DNA of 64,000 nt from an uncultured Christensenella sp. (GTDB taxonomy: Bacteria > Bacillota > Clostridia > Christensenellales > UBA1242), in contig CAZNJK010000001.1 of assembly GCA_964573405.1 (NCBI GenBank), positions 29,054-93,053 on the forward strand, written 5' to 3'. A program made the position numbers and the translations under genes. This document shows positions 48,393 through 59,505 of the stretch, one piece after another (positions within the stretch are counted from its first letter, which is position 1; the number at the start of each line of letters is the position of its first letter). Under the pieces are notes generated by a model. That model was not told the origin of the DNA, made no database searches, and was given only the letters and a program-made list of their open reading frames with translations.

Positions 48393-49226
48393 ATGTCTAA
48401 AAAAATAAGGATTCAATTTTTTATGCCAAAAACTTATTTGAATGAAGTAAAATTAATAAAAAGAAAAAGAAGAATATGGTCAAGAATCTGGACTTTTATT
48501 CTATCGATAATTATTTTAGCAGTCATATTTTTTAGCGGTTTTGGAATCGCAAAATTGCTGACAGGGGCTGACTTTAATTGGTTGACTGGTGGGAAAATAA
48601 AAATAAATAGTGTTAATTATTATGCTATATCGTTTGGGGAATTCGATGATGAGCAATTAACAACCAATTGTGCTATTTGGACCGCTAATTCTGGTGGGGC
48701 ATCATACATATATGATAATGGAAGTAGCATAGTGATAGGACAAATATATAATAATATTGATGACGCGAATTCGGTAGTTAATGGCTTTGATGGGGATATA
48801 ACATATAAAGCGTCAATAATGCAATTTAAGTCAAAAAAGTTGAGTTTTAATATTGATAATATAACACATTCTGACAAAAAGTGCATAGCAAGTGACATAA
48901 AGTGCGTGTTAAATAAAATAAACGAAATTCTTGAAATTTCAAATAATTTGGATGAAGGAAAGTTTACGACCGTGACGGCATCGAGTAAAATAAACTCAAT
49001 AAAGAGCGAAATAAAAGTGGTAAAATCAGAACTTCAACTTGTTAATTCGGCTTATAGTAGCAAGGGGTTAAATGACTTTATTGGTTATTGTATAAAGGTG
49101 GAAGATAGTTTGGATATGTGTGTAAACAAATTACTTACTAGTGAAAATGTAAGCAATGTGTGTAAGTATTGTGCTTGTGAGATGTTTTTTAATTACTATG
49201 ATTTTGTTGAAAATTTTGTCAAATAA
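48393..49226 (+). CDS. Hypothetical protein with single N-terminal TM
   Basis: Basic run then hydrophobic helix; no recognised family. Confidence 0.7.
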   Translation: MSKKIRIQFFMPKTYLNEVKLIKRKRRIWSRIWTFILSIIILAVIFFSGFGIAKLLTGADFNWLTGGKIKINSVNYYAISFGEFDDEQLTTNCAIWTANSGGASYIYDNGSSIVIGQIYNNIDDANSVVNGFDGDITYKASIMQFKSKKLSFNIDNITHSDKKCIASDIKCVLNKINEILEISNNLDEGKFTTVTASSKINSIKSEIKVVKSELQLVNSAYSSKGLNDFIGYCIKVEDSLDMCVNKLLTSENVSNVCKYCACEMFFNYYDFVENFVK

Positions 49227-49270
49227 TCTATTGAATTGAGATATTTAATTTTGACTTTTTTGACAATTTA

Positions 49271-49963
49271 ATGTACACTATGTGTATGAAGAAATACTTT
49301 AAAGACAACTACAAACAAATTATTGTAAAATTGTTAATAATTTTTGCGGTTTTGGTGATTGATTTGGTCACCAAAAAAGTTTTTGCTGATTTGTTTACAA
49401 AACGATATGATGATAATAATTTTAGTGATATTGCTGTCATAAGAAATGTTTTATCATTTACATATACTGAGAATGTGGGCGCTGCCTTTAGTATGTTTAG
49501 TGGGAAAGTTGAATTTTTAATTTTATTCTCTATTGTTTTTGTCGGAATATTTATTGCAATTGATATTTTGTATAAAGAGAAAAATTGGTGGTTTAACAGT
49601 GGTGTTGCACTAATTATCGGCGGTGCAATAGGTAATCTTATTGACAGAATTTTCTTTGGATATGTAAGAGATTTTATATCGTTTGACTTTATTAAGGATT
49701 TTGCTATCTGTAATGTTGCCGATTGCTGTATTACTATGGGTTGTGTGTGCATTGCCATATATTTTGTTGTGATGTTAATAAAGGAGCATAATGAGAAGAA
49801 AAGAAAACCTATAAAGACATTAGAAACGGAAGACGGTGCGACTTTGACTAATAATCTTTCAAATGATAAAAGGGATAATGAAAATAAGGAAGACAAACCG
49901 ATGTCGGAAGAGAATGCAACAGTTTCAACAAAACAAAACGATGAGAAAGGACAAAATGAATGA
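49271..49963 (+). CDS. lspA: Signal peptidase II with C-terminal low-complexity extension
   Basis: DLVTK, NVGAAFS, GGAIGNLIDR, RDFI, NVAD. Confidence 0.95.
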   Translation: MYTMCMKKYFKDNYKQIIVKLLIIFAVLVIDLVTKKVFADLFTKRYDDNNFSDIAVIRNVLSFTYTENVGAAFSMFSGKVEFLILFSIVFVGIFIAIDILYKEKNWWFNSGVALIIGGAIGNLIDRIFFGYVRDFISFDFIKDFAICNVADCCITMGCVCIAIYFVVMLIKEHNEKKRKPIKTLETEDGATLTNNLSNDKRDNENKEDKPMSEENATVSTKQNDEKGQNE

Positions 49964-50853
49964 TATTTGATTTTACGGAAGAACCTAAAAGGCTTGATAT
50001 ATTCTTGCTGGAAAAATTTCCAGAATTTACAAGGTCGAGAATTAAGAACTTGATTGGGGAAAGTCAAGTCAAGGTAAATGATAGGCCCGTGACCAAGGCG
50101 GGATATACACTAAAAGTGGGCGACAAGGTTGATGTGATTGTTCCTGAGCCGGAGAGTAGTGAAGTGCTAGCGGAAGATATCCCACTTGATATTGTGTATC
50201 AGGACAACGACTTCGCGATTATTAATAAGCCAAAAGGAATGGTTGTGCATCCGGCGGTGAAAAATACGAAGGGGACGCTTGTAAATGCAATATTGTATAG
50301 CATTAAAGATTTAAGTGGTATTAATGGCGTTGTTAGGCCGGGCATTGTGCATAGGTTGGATAAAGATACGAGCGGACTTATAGTAATAGCCAAAAACGAT
50401 GTTGCACATGTGGAACTTAGTAGACAAATAGCGACTAAGGAATGTAGGCGGTTGTACAAGGCGGTGCTTGAAGGCAACTTGAAAGAAGATTGTGGCGAAG
50501 TGAAAACTTACATAGAGCGAAGCAAGAAAAACCGCTTGAAGATGGCGGTAAGCGATAGCGGGAAAATTGCACATACACTTTATAGGGTGCTAGGTCATTA
50601 CAACAAATATGATTATGTGGAATTTGAGTTGAAGACGGGCAGAACCCATCAAATTAGGGTGCATTGCGAATATTTGCATCACCCCATCGTTGGAGATAAG
50701 TTGTACGGGGCTAGAAATGAAAAATATTACGGATACGGTCAATTTTTGCACGCTTACAAATTAATATTAACGCACCCAACGACAAAACAAGTAATGGAAT
50801 TTGAAGCACCATTGCCAAAATATTTTCAAGATTTTGTAGATAATTTAAAATAA
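49960..50853 (+). CDS. RluA/RluD family pseudouridine synthase with S4 domain
   Basis: RLDIFL..TRSRI; NKPKGMVVHP; RPGIVHRLDKDTSG; lspA-rluD order. Confidence 0.96.
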   Translation: MIFDFTEEPKRLDIFLLEKFPEFTRSRIKNLIGESQVKVNDRPVTKAGYTLKVGDKVDVIVPEPESSEVLAEDIPLDIVYQDNDFAIINKPKGMVVHPAVKNTKGTLVNAILYSIKDLSGINGVVRPGIVHRLDKDTSGLIVIAKNDVAHVELSRQIATKECRRLYKAVLEGNLKEDCGEVKTYIERSKKNRLKMAVSDSGKIAHTLYRVLGHYNKYDYVEFELKTGRTHQIRVHCEYLHHPIVGDKLYGARNEKYYGYGQFLHAYKLILTHPTTKQVMEFEAPLPKYFQDFVDNLK

Positions 50854-50899
50854 CTTTGATATTTTGATTTTTTGTGATATTATTTAGGTGGAGAGATGT

Positions 50900-51169
50900 A
50901 TGAACGGGAAAAGAAGCCATAATTTTAGAGTCTTTACTAATTTTCTAGCATTTGCCGTGTTTGTTGCGATTGCGGTACTTTCGCTTATTGCTGTGATTGT
51001 GCCCAAAACCACAAATTTATCGGCAGTGCTTTTAGAAATCGCGAGATATTTGGCATATTTTTTGGTGGCGATGTCGTCACTTTGGTATGTTTTGTCGAAA
51101 AGGGGATATGTTGTAAAAATCATCTGGCTTGTATGTGCTGTAGGAATTATAGTACTTATGTTTGTGTAA
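50900..51169 (+). CDS. Small membrane protein
   Basis: Three hydrophobic helices; GGTGGAG RBS. Confidence 0.65.
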   Translation: MNGKRSHNFRVFTNFLAFAVFVAIAVLSLIAVIVPKTTNLSAVLLEIARYLAYFLVAMSSLWYVLSKRGYVVKIIWLVCAVGIIVLMFV

Positions 51170-51183
51170 GGTAGGTAGAGCAT

Positions 51184-51525
51184 ATGAAGAAGTTTTTTAG
51201 TGATAAGAAAAATTTAATACTTGTTGTGCTTGTTGCAATTTCCGTTGTTGGAATTGTAATCGCGTCATTTTGGGAAGTATTCACTCCTTTTTCGTGTATT
51301 CTTTTTGGGGTAACATGCCTTTATGTGGGATTTTTACTTATTTTGCGATATGTTAGGATTAAAAACAAGAAAATAGATGAATTTATGACGCAAGAAGATA
51401 GTAGGAAGAGAAAAACATCTAAATTTTTGGAGTCGGAAGGGAAGATGAATAATATTCTGCTTATCACACTCTTCTTGTTTATGGGTGTGTTGCTGATATA
51501 TTATTCTATCCAAATTTTTATCTAA
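51184..51525 (+). CDS. Small membrane protein
   Basis: Three hydrophobic helices. Confidence 0.65.
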   Translation: MKKFFSDKKNLILVVLVAISVVGIVIASFWEVFTPFSCILFGVTCLYVGFLLILRYVRIKNKKIDEFMTQEDSRKRKTSKFLESEGKMNNILLITLFLFMGVLLIYYSIQIFI

Positions 51526-51957
51526 AGTGAAGAAAAAATTTGACTGTAAAATAGTACTATGCAAAAATGTGTATTAGGGCTTAATTGAAGCCTTTTTTTT
51601 GTTTTTTAATATTTTAAATTATGGAATTTGGGATTGTTGAAAAAATATTAAAAGTTCGGCAAAAAGATGTTTGAAATTTAACGAGAAAGTTTAATATTTT
51701 ATGTGGAGAAAAAATATAAAGTCATTGTTGAAAAAATGTGTTAAAAGATATAGGATTGTTTAGGAATTGTGATGGTGCCCATTAAGGACAGATTTTGATT
51801 GGAAAACGGCTATAATTAGAAGGGTTTTTCTTTTAATCGTATAAAATTTTCGATAAATTCGGCTAATTTAAAGAAAAAAGATTGTCAATAAGGTTTGAAA
51901 AAAGTATTTGGGTATGATATAATACATTTTAGACTAATATAGTTGAAGGAGAATACA

Positions 51958-53241
51958 ATGAAATACAATCTTAAAAAATCAGAAAAAAAGAAAAATGTCA
52001 TAGAACTTGAAGTTGTATTGACAGCAGAAGAGTGGAAGGCGGAAGTACAAGACTCTTACAACCGCAATAAGGGCAAGTACAGTGTTGAAGGTTTCAGAAA
52101 GGGTAAAGCACCTAGAAAGGTAATTGAAAATATGTATGGTCCTAATGTGTTTTATGATGACGCATTGACAGAAGGTTTTTCAAAGGCCTATGATAAGGCT
52201 TTAAACGACCACAAAGACCTTGACCCAATTGATGCTCCATCTCTAGATGTAAAAAGTTTGGACGAAAAGGGTGTTGTTATATTGGCTGAAATTCCAGTAA
52301 TGCCAGAAGTTAAGTTGGGTGCATACACCGGGCTTGGAATTAATGTAGAGCCTAAGAAAGTTGCCGAGAAAGAAGTTAAGGCAGAACTTGAGAGAATCCA
52401 AAACCAAAATGCTAGACTTGTTGAAAAGAACGGCGCAGTTGAGAGTGGTGACATTGCAAATATCGACTTCAAAGGGATGATGGATGGAGTTGCTTTTGAT
52501 GGCGGGACTGCTGAAGGTTACGACCTAGAAATTGGAAGCCACACATTTATTGAAGGTTTTGAAGACCAATTAATTGGTGCTGTTGCTGGTGATAAGATTA
52601 ATGTAAATGTTACTTTCCCAGAGAATTATCAAGCGGAAGAATTGAAGGGTAAACCTGCAGTATTTGAAGTAAAAGTAAATTCTGTAAAAACAAAGGAACT
52701 TCCAGAACTTAACGACGCATTTGCAAGCGATGTAAGTGAATTTGAAACTATGGAAGAGTACAAAAAACACATCAGAGAACATCTAGAAGAGCACGCAAAA
52801 GAGCATGCAAAAATTGATACCGAGAACAAAATCATTGAAAAGATTATTGCAAATATGGAAGTTGAAGTTCCTAGCCAATTAGTTGACCACGAACTTGAAC
52901 ACTTAATGCAAGATATGGAATATAGACTTATGTATCAAGGATTTAGCCTAGAAGACTATGCTAAGTACCTTAACACCACTGTTGAAGATATAAGAAAAGA
53001 CAGACGCAAAGAAGCATTAAAAGGCGTAAAAATTAGATTAGCAATGCAAGAAATCATCAAAGCAGAAAAAATGGAAGTAACCAAAGCAGACGTTGATGAG
53101 AAAATCAAGGAATTGGCTAAAAACAGCAAAAAAACGATAAAAGATTACAAAGAAACCCTTGATGAAGAAAGAATGAACTATTTGAAAAATGATATACTTA
53201 TGGATAAGTTGTTGACATTCTTAATTGATGCTAACAAATAA
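51958..53241 (+). CDS. tig: Trigger factor
   Basis: [12 protein letters not shown] domain ([23 protein letters not shown]); ATG 51958 after AAGGAG. Confidence 0.97.
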   Translation: MKYNLKKSEKKKNVIELEVVLTAEEWKAEVQDSYNRNKGKYSVEGFRKGKAPRKVIENMYGPNVFYDDALTEGFSKAYDKALNDHKDLDPIDAPSLDVKSLDEKGVVILAEIPVMPEVKLGAYTGLGINVEPKKVAEKEVKAELERIQNQNARLVEKNGAVESGDIANIDFKGMMDGVAFDGGTAEGYDLEIGSHTFIEGFEDQLIGAVAGDKINVNVTFPENYQAEELKGKPAVFEVKVNSVKTKELPELNDAFASDVSEFETMEEYKKHIREHLEEHAKEHAKIDTENKIIEKIIANMEVEVPSQLVDHELEHLMQDMEYRLMYQGFSLEDYAKYLNTTVEDIRKDRRKEALKGVKIRLAMQEIIKAEKMEVTKADVDEKIKELAKNSKKTIKDYKETLDEERMNYLKNDILMDKLLTFLIDANK

Positions 53242-53258
53242 TTATTGGAGGTGAACAT

Positions 53259-53840
53259 ATGTTAGTTCCTATGGTTGTTGACCAAACAAGTAGAGGCGAG
53301 AGAAGTTATGATATATATAGCCGACTTCTAGAAGATAGAATTATATTTTTGTCGGGCGAAATTACCGATGATACCGCAAATACGGTGGTTGCTCAACTTA
53401 TTTACCTTGAAGCAAAGGACCCAAGTAAGGATATTTGCTTGTATATCAATAGTCCTGGCGGAAGCGTGACTGCGGGTATGGCAATATATGATACGATGAA
53501 CTACATCAAATGTGATGTGTCGACCATATGTATAGGTATGGCAGCATCGATGGCGTCGTTCTTGCTATCTAGCGGTGCTAAGGGTAAAAGACTTATACTT
53601 CCTAATAGTGAAGTTATGATTCACCATCCACTTGGCGGGGCACAAGGTCAAGCGTCTGACATTGTTATTACCGCTCGCCACATTGAAAAAATTAAAAACA
53701 ATATGATAAAGTTGCTTAGTGAAAATACTGGCCAATCATTAGAGAAAATCGAAAAAGACATCGATAGAGATAACTATATGAGTGCCGAAGAAGCGGTAAA
53801 TTACGGCATTGTCGATAAAGTGATTTCCAAAAGGAAATAA
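53259..53840 (+). CDS. clpP: ATP-dependent Clp protease proteolytic subunit
   Basis: [29 protein letters not shown]. Confidence 0.98.
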   Translation: MLVPMVVDQTSRGERSYDIYSRLLEDRIIFLSGEITDDTANTVVAQLIYLEAKDPSKDICLYINSPGGSVTAGMAIYDTMNYIKCDVSTICIGMAASMASFLLSSGAKGKRLILPNSEVMIHHPLGGAQGQASDIVITARHIEKIKNNMIKLLSENTGQSLEKIEKDIDRDNYMSAEEAVNYGIVDKVISKRK

Positions 53841-53859
53841 TTAGTTTTTAGGAGATGTA

Positions 53860-55104
53860 ATGAATACTGAAAAAGAAACAAAATGTTCCTTTTGTGGAAT
53901 GTCAGCAAAAGATGATGTGAATTTGGTGGTGAGTCCTGATGGAGAAGCGTACATTTGTTCCGATTGTGTAAAAACGTGCTCGGAGATGTTCTCTCTAGAC
54001 CGCTCGACAGAGATAATTGATTTGCCAACCCCAATGGAGATAAATAAACTCCTAGATGAATATATAGTGGGGCAAGATGACGCAAAGAAAGTGTTGTCGG
54101 TGGCGGTGTATAATCATTATAAAAGAATAAACCACAACATTTTAAATGGCGTAAATAAAAAGCGTGATAATGTAGAACTTGACAAATCAAATGTGCTACT
54201 CATCGGACCGACCGGCACGGGTAAAACAATGATTGCCCGAACACTGGCAAGACTTTTAAAAGTTCCATTTGCGAGTGCCGATGCAACCACTCTTACCGAA
54301 GCGGGGTATGTGGGCGAAGATGTAGAAAATATACTATTGAAACTTATCCAAAACGCAAATTACGATATTGCGAGTGCGGAAAGGGGAATCATATATATTG
54401 ACGAGATTGACAAAATCACGAAAAAGTCGGAGAATGTGAGCATAACGCGAGATGTGAGTGGCGAGGGTGTGCAACAAGCACTTCTAAAAATTATAGAAGA
54501 CACAGTGGCATCAGTTCCGCCTCAAGGTGGCAGAAAACACCCGCACCAAGAATGCTTGCAGATAAATACGGCAAATATTCTATTCATATGTGGTGGAGCA
54601 TTTGTGGGGCTTGACAAGATTGTTGAAAACCGCATAAACAACACATCGCTTGGCTTTAGTGGAGAGTTGAAAAAACAATCGTCTACCAGCGAACTTGTGA
54701 AAGATATTCAGCCGGAAGACCTTATAAAATTTGGACTAATTCCGGAATTTGTGGGGAGATTGCCAATTGTTGTGGGATTGAATGAGTTGGATGAGGATGC
54801 ACTTATTCGCATTATGAAAGAACCAAAAAATTCACTCGTAAAGCAATATACTACGCTTCTTGATTTGGATAATGTTCAACTCGAGTTTGAAGACGAAGCC
54901 ATCAGATATGTGGCACAAAAAGCCATCAAATTAAAGACTGGCGCAAGGGGGCTAAGGACGATTATTGAAAGCAGTATGCTAGATGTAATGTACAAAGTTC
55001 CGTCCGACAAGAGTATTAAGAAAATTATCGTTGGCGTAAAAAACAACAAATTAGATGTCAAGATTGTAAAAGAAGAAAAAGCGAAGCAAGAAAAATTGTC
55101 ATAG
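53860..55104 (+). CDS. clpX: ClpX ATPase
   Basis: CSFCG zinc domain, [32 protein letters not shown]. Confidence 0.98.
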   Translation: MNTEKETKCSFCGMSAKDDVNLVVSPDGEAYICSDCVKTCSEMFSLDRSTEIIDLPTPMEINKLLDEYIVGQDDAKKVLSVAVYNHYKRINHNILNGVNKKRDNVELDKSNVLLIGPTGTGKTMIARTLARLLKVPFASADATTLTEAGYVGEDVENILLKLIQNANYDIASAERGIIYIDEIDKITKKSENVSITRDVSGEGVQQALLKIIEDTVASVPPQGGRKHPHQECLQINTANILFICGGAFVGLDKIVENRINNTSLGFSGELKKQSSTSELVKDIQPEDLIKFGLIPEFVGRLPIVVGLNELDEDALIRIMKEPKNSLVKQYTTLLDLDNVQLEFEDEAIRYVAQKAIKLKTGARGLRTIIESSMLDVMYKVPSDKSIKKIIVGVKNNKLDVKIVKEEKAKQEKLS

Positions 55105-55241
55105 CGACTATAATTTATAGAAAGAAAGAAGAAATTTTGATAAAAATCAAAGTTTCTTCTTTTTATTGTGCTTTTTAATCGGACATTTTGATTTTTTGTG
55201 CTAATATATAATATAATGATTACATTTTGGAGAAATTATAA

Positions 55242-55820
55242 ATGATTATAAATAGTGCAAATTTCGTGACGAGTGTGGCAAACCCTAGCAATATTATTAA
55301 TGACGGGCTTAGTCAAGTGGCTTTTGTTGGGCGTAGTAATGTGGGGAAAAGTAGCCTTATAAATATGTTGTGCAATCAAAAGAAACTTGCAAAGGCAAGC
55401 AGTACTCCCGGCAGAACAAGGCTAATAAACTACTTTTTAATCAACAACAAAATGTATTTTGTTGACTTGCCCGGCTATGGTTTTGCCCAGGCAAGCAAAA
55501 AAGAAGTGTATGGCTGGCAAAGTTTAATTGAGCCGTATCTTATGAACAACGACCGCCTAAAACTAGTGTGTATGTTGGTTGACTCTCGCATTACACCTAC
55601 GACCCAAGACAAGCAGATGTTTGAATATCTTGCATACTACAATTTGCCATTCTTGGTGGTCGCAACAAAAAGCGATAAATTATCAAAAGCCCAACTTACA
55701 AAGGCAAGACTAAATATAGCAAACACGCTCGGAGTGGGGGTGGACAATGTGTGTTGTGTGAGCAGTGAAACAAAAGACGGAAAAGAAAAACTATTAAGCC
55801 TAATAGACAAATATTTGTAA
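55242..55820 (+). CDS. engB: Ribosome biogenesis GTPase YsxC/EngB
   Basis: GRSNVGKSS, TPGRT, DLPGYG, TKSDK. Confidence 0.97.
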   Translation: MIINSANFVTSVANPSNIINDGLSQVAFVGRSNVGKSSLINMLCNQKKLAKASSTPGRTRLINYFLINNKMYFVDLPGYGFAQASKKEVYGWQSLIEPYLMNNDRLKLVCMLVDSRITPTTQDKQMFEYLAYYNLPFLVVATKSDKLSKAQLTKARLNIANTLGVGVDNVCCVSSETKDGKEKLLSLIDKYL

Positions 55821-55831
55821 AAGGTGAATAA

Positions 55832-56335
55832 ATGAAAGCAAAAACAAACAAACTAAGCACAATTTTGAAATTAATAGCCACAATTTTTGTCATCCCGCTA
55901 GTTATTGGCACATTCTTTAGCGGATTTGTCGTTAACGCCGATGGCTCAACCCCGTCAGATGTGTCAATATTCGAGTTCGTGCTAAAAAAAGACGCGTGGC
56001 TAGCACTTGCATTCGTGTGCACTGTGCTCCTTATTATTCTAGTGGTATTTTCAATTTTCTACGGCCTTACAAAAACAATGTCGTCAAAACGCACCGATAA
56101 TTTCATCGGAATATTGATATTGGTTTTCGAACTTATCCTATCAATTACGCCGTTTTTGACCGTACTTATATATTGCGTGAAAAATAGTGCAAAGGGTCTA
56201 AAATATTCGGTCGGGGTGTGCCCAATATTGAGTATGGTGTGCGGATTGATATTTGGAGTGTTGATGCTCGTGTCGTATGTGGCAAAACCGCAAAATAGAA
56301 AAGGAAATACAAATAAAACACCTACAAAACCCTAA
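55832..56335 (+). CDS. Hypothetical four-TM membrane protein
   Basis: Hydrophobic helices; AAGGTG RBS. Confidence 0.7.
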   Translation: MKAKTNKLSTILKLIATIFVIPLVIGTFFSGFVVNADGSTPSDVSIFEFVLKKDAWLALAFVCTVLLIILVVFSIFYGLTKTMSSKRTDNFIGILILVFELILSITPFLTVLIYCVKNSAKGLKYSVGVCPILSMVCGLIFGVLMLVSYVAKPQNRKGNTNKTPTKP

Positions 56336-56403
56336 ATAAAAAAATAATGCGGTAATTCATTTGCAAAAAAACTGAATTTTTTGTATTATAGAAAGTAGTA
56401 AAA

Positions 56404-56874
56404 ATGGAGAAAATTATGAAAACGAAACAATTAATCTTAAAAATAGCATCAATGGTACTGTGCGCAGTTACTATTATCCCGCTTTTCCTTAACTTTATAG
56501 GATTGAAAAATGGCGACTACAAAGTCCACTACAAGTTTGCAAGCACGGCTGGTAGTTCGGACGCACTTTTGGTAATCGCAAGGATTTTATTCATTGCCAC
56601 CATAGTCGTATCGTTTGTCTTGATAGTATGTATGATTTTACAAATCTTCATCAAGAATGATATTTTGGACTGGGTAGTGCTAGGTACTAGTATATTTGTT
56701 ATGGTCGTTGCTACACTTTGCCTTGTTGCAACCTTGCTATATTGCCTAAGCGTATCGGAACTTGGCAAATACTCGTGGTTCCCAGCAATAGGCGTGTATG
56801 TGTTGGTGATAAGCGCCGTAGGTGGAGCAATATGCTCAATCGTGTCAAATATCCCAGAAAAAACAGATAAATAA
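56404..56874 (+). CDS. Hypothetical four-TM membrane protein (similar layout to previous gene)
   Basis: Similar topology and LxYC...YSxxPxxGV-like C-terminal region. Confidence 0.7.
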   Translation: MEKIMKTKQLILKIASMVLCAVTIIPLFLNFIGLKNGDYKVHYKFASTAGSSDALLVIARILFIATIVVSFVLIVCMILQIFIKNDILDWVVLGTSIFVMVVATLCLVATLLYCLSVSELGKYSWFPAIGVYVLVISAVGGAICSIVSNIPEKTDK

Positions 56875-56903
56875 AAAAAACTTAAAATGTTGCCGAGTGC
56901 GGT

Positions 56904-56931
56904 AACATTTTTTTTCGCCCTTTCATATAGT
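56904..56931 (+). promoter_or_regulatory. Sigma-K-like promoter
   Basis: AACA (56904-07), 16 bp, CATATAGT (56924-31). Confidence 0.5.
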
Positions 56932-56968
56932 AGAGTATATAGGCTTATCAAATAAGGAGGTAAAGACT

Positions 56969-57619
56969 ATGTCGTTTTATTCAGGAACACCGCAATGCTG
57001 TTATCCGGGCCCTATCACAGGCAATGCATTGACTGGTCTATGCGAAAAAGCGTGCATTGAAGCCAAAAAAGTATTCGATGCGTGTATGAAGCAAATTCAA
57101 GAAACTGGGGTGGTGGCAACCGTCACCGAATACACTCCCGCTGACCCAACACTGCCACTTACATTTGTGAGTGCCACTTGCACCAGCGGAACAGTGCCCA
57201 TCTCAAACCTAACAATCAACCGCTTCGAAGACCGACCATGTTTTGCTAGAGTCACTGGCGAAGTGGATGTCCCAGTCACTATTACATACACCGACGCAAG
57301 CGGAACAACCGGCACCGCAACAACCACAATAGCAGTGGACGAAGATGTTGTACTATATGTGCCACAACCATCCGTCGTGCCATTTACAGTAGAAGCATTC
57401 GCAACATGTATGGGGGTGGACGGCGACTACACCGGCGAAAACCAATTCACACTTAACGCATGCATCACGCTTATCCTAAAAGTTGTTTCAACCGTCGATA
57501 TGCTTGTGCCAAGTTACGGCTACGCAAAAATCCCGCCTTGCCAAGAATTTACGCAAGATGTGTGTACGGGCTTCTTCGACTTGCCACTGTACCCAACCCA
57601 AAACCCAGTATGCGACTAG
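56969..57619 (+). CDS. Cys/Thr/Pro-rich protein, probable spore coat component
   Basis: CEKACIEAKKVFDAC and many further Cys; strong AAGGAGG RBS; sigma-K-like promoter; terminator 57626-57648. Confidence 0.6.
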   Translation: MSFYSGTPQCCYPGPITGNALTGLCEKACIEAKKVFDACMKQIQETGVVATVTEYTPADPTLPLTFVSATCTSGTVPISNLTINRFEDRPCFARVTGEVDVPVTITYTDASGTTGTATTTIAVDEDVVLYVPQPSVVPFTVEAFATCMGVDGDYTGENQFTLNACITLILKVVSTVDMLVPSYGYAKIPPCQEFTQDVCTGFFDLPLYPTQNPVCD

Positions 57620-57649
57620 CATATGCCGACCACAAGGTCGGTTTTTTTA

Positions 57650-57828
57650 TCTGAAAAAGTCGGAAATAATCTAAAATCATCGGAAATAATCTAAAATCAT
57701 CGGAAATAATCTGAAAACATCTAAAATCATCTGAAAAGATTTGAGAATGTCGGAAATTGTCGGATAAAAAATACCCGAAATTGTCTAAAATCATCTGAAA
57801 TCATCTGAAATCATCGGAAATTGTCGGA
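57650..57828. repeat. Array of ~17 degenerate 10-bp tandem repeats, consensus C(G/T)(G/A)AAAT(C/A/T)(A/G)T
   Basis: Units in register at 57651-57770, then 57775-57828. Confidence 0.93.
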
Positions 57829-57977
57829 CGGCATATTATTTTATATAATATAAATATATGATATATTCTATATAATATATTATATGTCGCAAATATGATT
57901 TGAAAAAACACATCAAAATATTTGTGAAAGCCACTCCAAAATGATATAATAAAATTTAAAGAAAAGGAGTTGGACTT

Positions 57978-58673
57978 GTGAAAGTATTTAGTATAAGTGA
58001 CTTGCATTTGAGTATCAATAGTAACAAGCCTATGAATATCTTCGGGCCGGTGTGGGAAAACTACCTTGAAGAAATAGAGCAGTCGTGGAACGACCAAGTA
58101 GGCGACAACGATGTCGTTCTTATAGCGGGCGACATCTCGTGGGCAATGAAGTTTGAGGACGCCATCCCCGACCTTGAGTATATATCGCGTCTAAAAGGGT
58201 ACAAAGTCATCATTCGTGGCAACCACGACTACTGGTGGAAGAGTATATCGAGCCTAAGAAGTGAACTTCCGCACAAGATGTTCGCTCTCCAAAACGACGC
58301 AATGAAAATAGACAACATCATCATTTGCGGTACTCGTGGCTGGGTAGTCCCCGAAACAACGCACAAAACCGCCGATGACGAAAAGATATATAACCGCGAA
58401 ATTATCCGCCTAGAACTTAGCCTAAAGAATGCGGTGCGACTAAAAGAAGACGGCGACATTATAGTGTGTATGATGCATTACCCACCGTTCAATTCCCGCC
58501 TAGACGATAGCGACTACACCCGCCTTATGGACAAGTACGGCGTAAACTACTGTGTGTATGGGCACTTGCATAGTTACGACAAAAAACAACAACTTGTGAC
58601 TATAAAGAACAACACAAAATACTTCCTTACAAGTTGCGATTTAGTAAAAAATAAATTGATTCAAATAATTTAA
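57978..58673 (+). CDS. Metallophosphoesterase (calcineurin-like)
   Basis: SDLH, AGD, RGNHD, MHYPP, YGHLH. Confidence 0.93.
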   Translation: MKVFSISDLHLSINSNKPMNIFGPVWENYLEEIEQSWNDQVGDNDVVLIAGDISWAMKFEDAIPDLEYISRLKGYKVIIRGNHDYWWKSISSLRSELPHKMFALQNDAMKIDNIIICGTRGWVVPETTHKTADDEKIYNREIIRLELSLKNAVRLKEDGDIIVCMMHYPPFNSRLDDSDYTRLMDKYGVNYCVYGHLHSYDKKQQLVTIKNNTKYFLTSCDLVKNKLIQII

Positions 58674-58728
58674 TTTACAAAGTTTTGAAATTATAGTATT
58701 ATAATTAAAATTGTGTAGTAGGGGAATA

Positions 58729-59505
58729 ATGGAAAGAAAGAACAAATTACAATCCAATCGTCGCGCCAATGCACGCTATGTGCTTGTTCTTTCTTGCGTG
58801 CTAGTGCTAGCCGTAGTGCTTACTTTTGGCATTACACTATCTTACTTCGGCGGAAATTCAAAAGGCTACTCGGTGGATTTCGTCCTAAAAGCGGGCATCC
58901 AGTTTAAAGCCAACGAATCGGGCTCCGACTACCAGTCCCTTACATTTGATTCCGAATACCTTGTTCCGGGCACAACCCTTAACTCCACTTGCAAACTCAC
59001 CGTTAGTTCACTATCCAGCGACACATCAATTCCGTCAGTCAACGGGCTTCTTAGAGCCAACTTCTCGCTAGATGGCGATATGGCTAACTTCATCGAACTT
59101 AATTACTCCGAGTCGGACCCTATATATGTGTACCTAGGCACGACCGCAGAGAGTATGACCGAAGCAAATAAAGTGGCTCGTCTTGTAAAAGCCCAAGACG
59201 AAGACTCATACTTCTACCTAGTAGGCACGGACTCTACCGAAATTACAAACAACACACTGCTTTATGAAATCCCATGCACTTCAAATAACGGGGAAGTGGG
59301 CTTAATATTCAACCTATCATTCACCGTCCTTAATGAGTACGGCTCCAAATTGTTTAATAACGACTACGCTACAAAAAAAGCCCAACTCAACGCAAACTTC
59401 ACCGTAATACAATCGGAATTCTATTCGGCAGGCAATCCAACGCCGTTGCCACAGACCTACCGCAACGCAAAAGCAGTGTTTGACGATGTAACCAGTTCAA
59501 CTTAA
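58729..59505 (+). CDS. TasA/CalY-like protein 1 with SipW-type signal peptide
   Basis: Basic N-region, hydrophobic helix, ITLSYFGG; C-terminal FTVIQ. Confidence 0.7.
   Translation: MERKNKLQSNRRANARYVLVLSCVLVLAVVLTFGITLSYFGGNSKGYSVDFVLKAGIQFKANESGSDYQSLTFDSEYLVPGTTLNSTCKLTVSSLSSDTSIPSVNGLLRANFSLDGDMANFIELNYSESDPIYVYLGTTAESMTEANKVARLVKAQDEDSYFYLVGTDSTEITNNTLLYEIPCTSNNGEVGLIFNLSFTVLNEYGSKLFNNDYATKKAQLNANFTVIQSEFYSAGNPTPLPQTYRNAKAVFDDVTSST

Noticed and set aside
51770-51830. Cobalamin-riboswitch-like start (GGTGCCC) upstream of tig
   Set aside because: No GGGAA/GGTG-AA-TCC or B12 box; context implausible.
57549-58097. Minus-strand ORFs 57549..57794 and 57801..58097 (SDDFR repeats)
   Set aside because: Peptide repeats are a by-product of the 10-bp DNA array; no RBS; they overlap real + strand genes.
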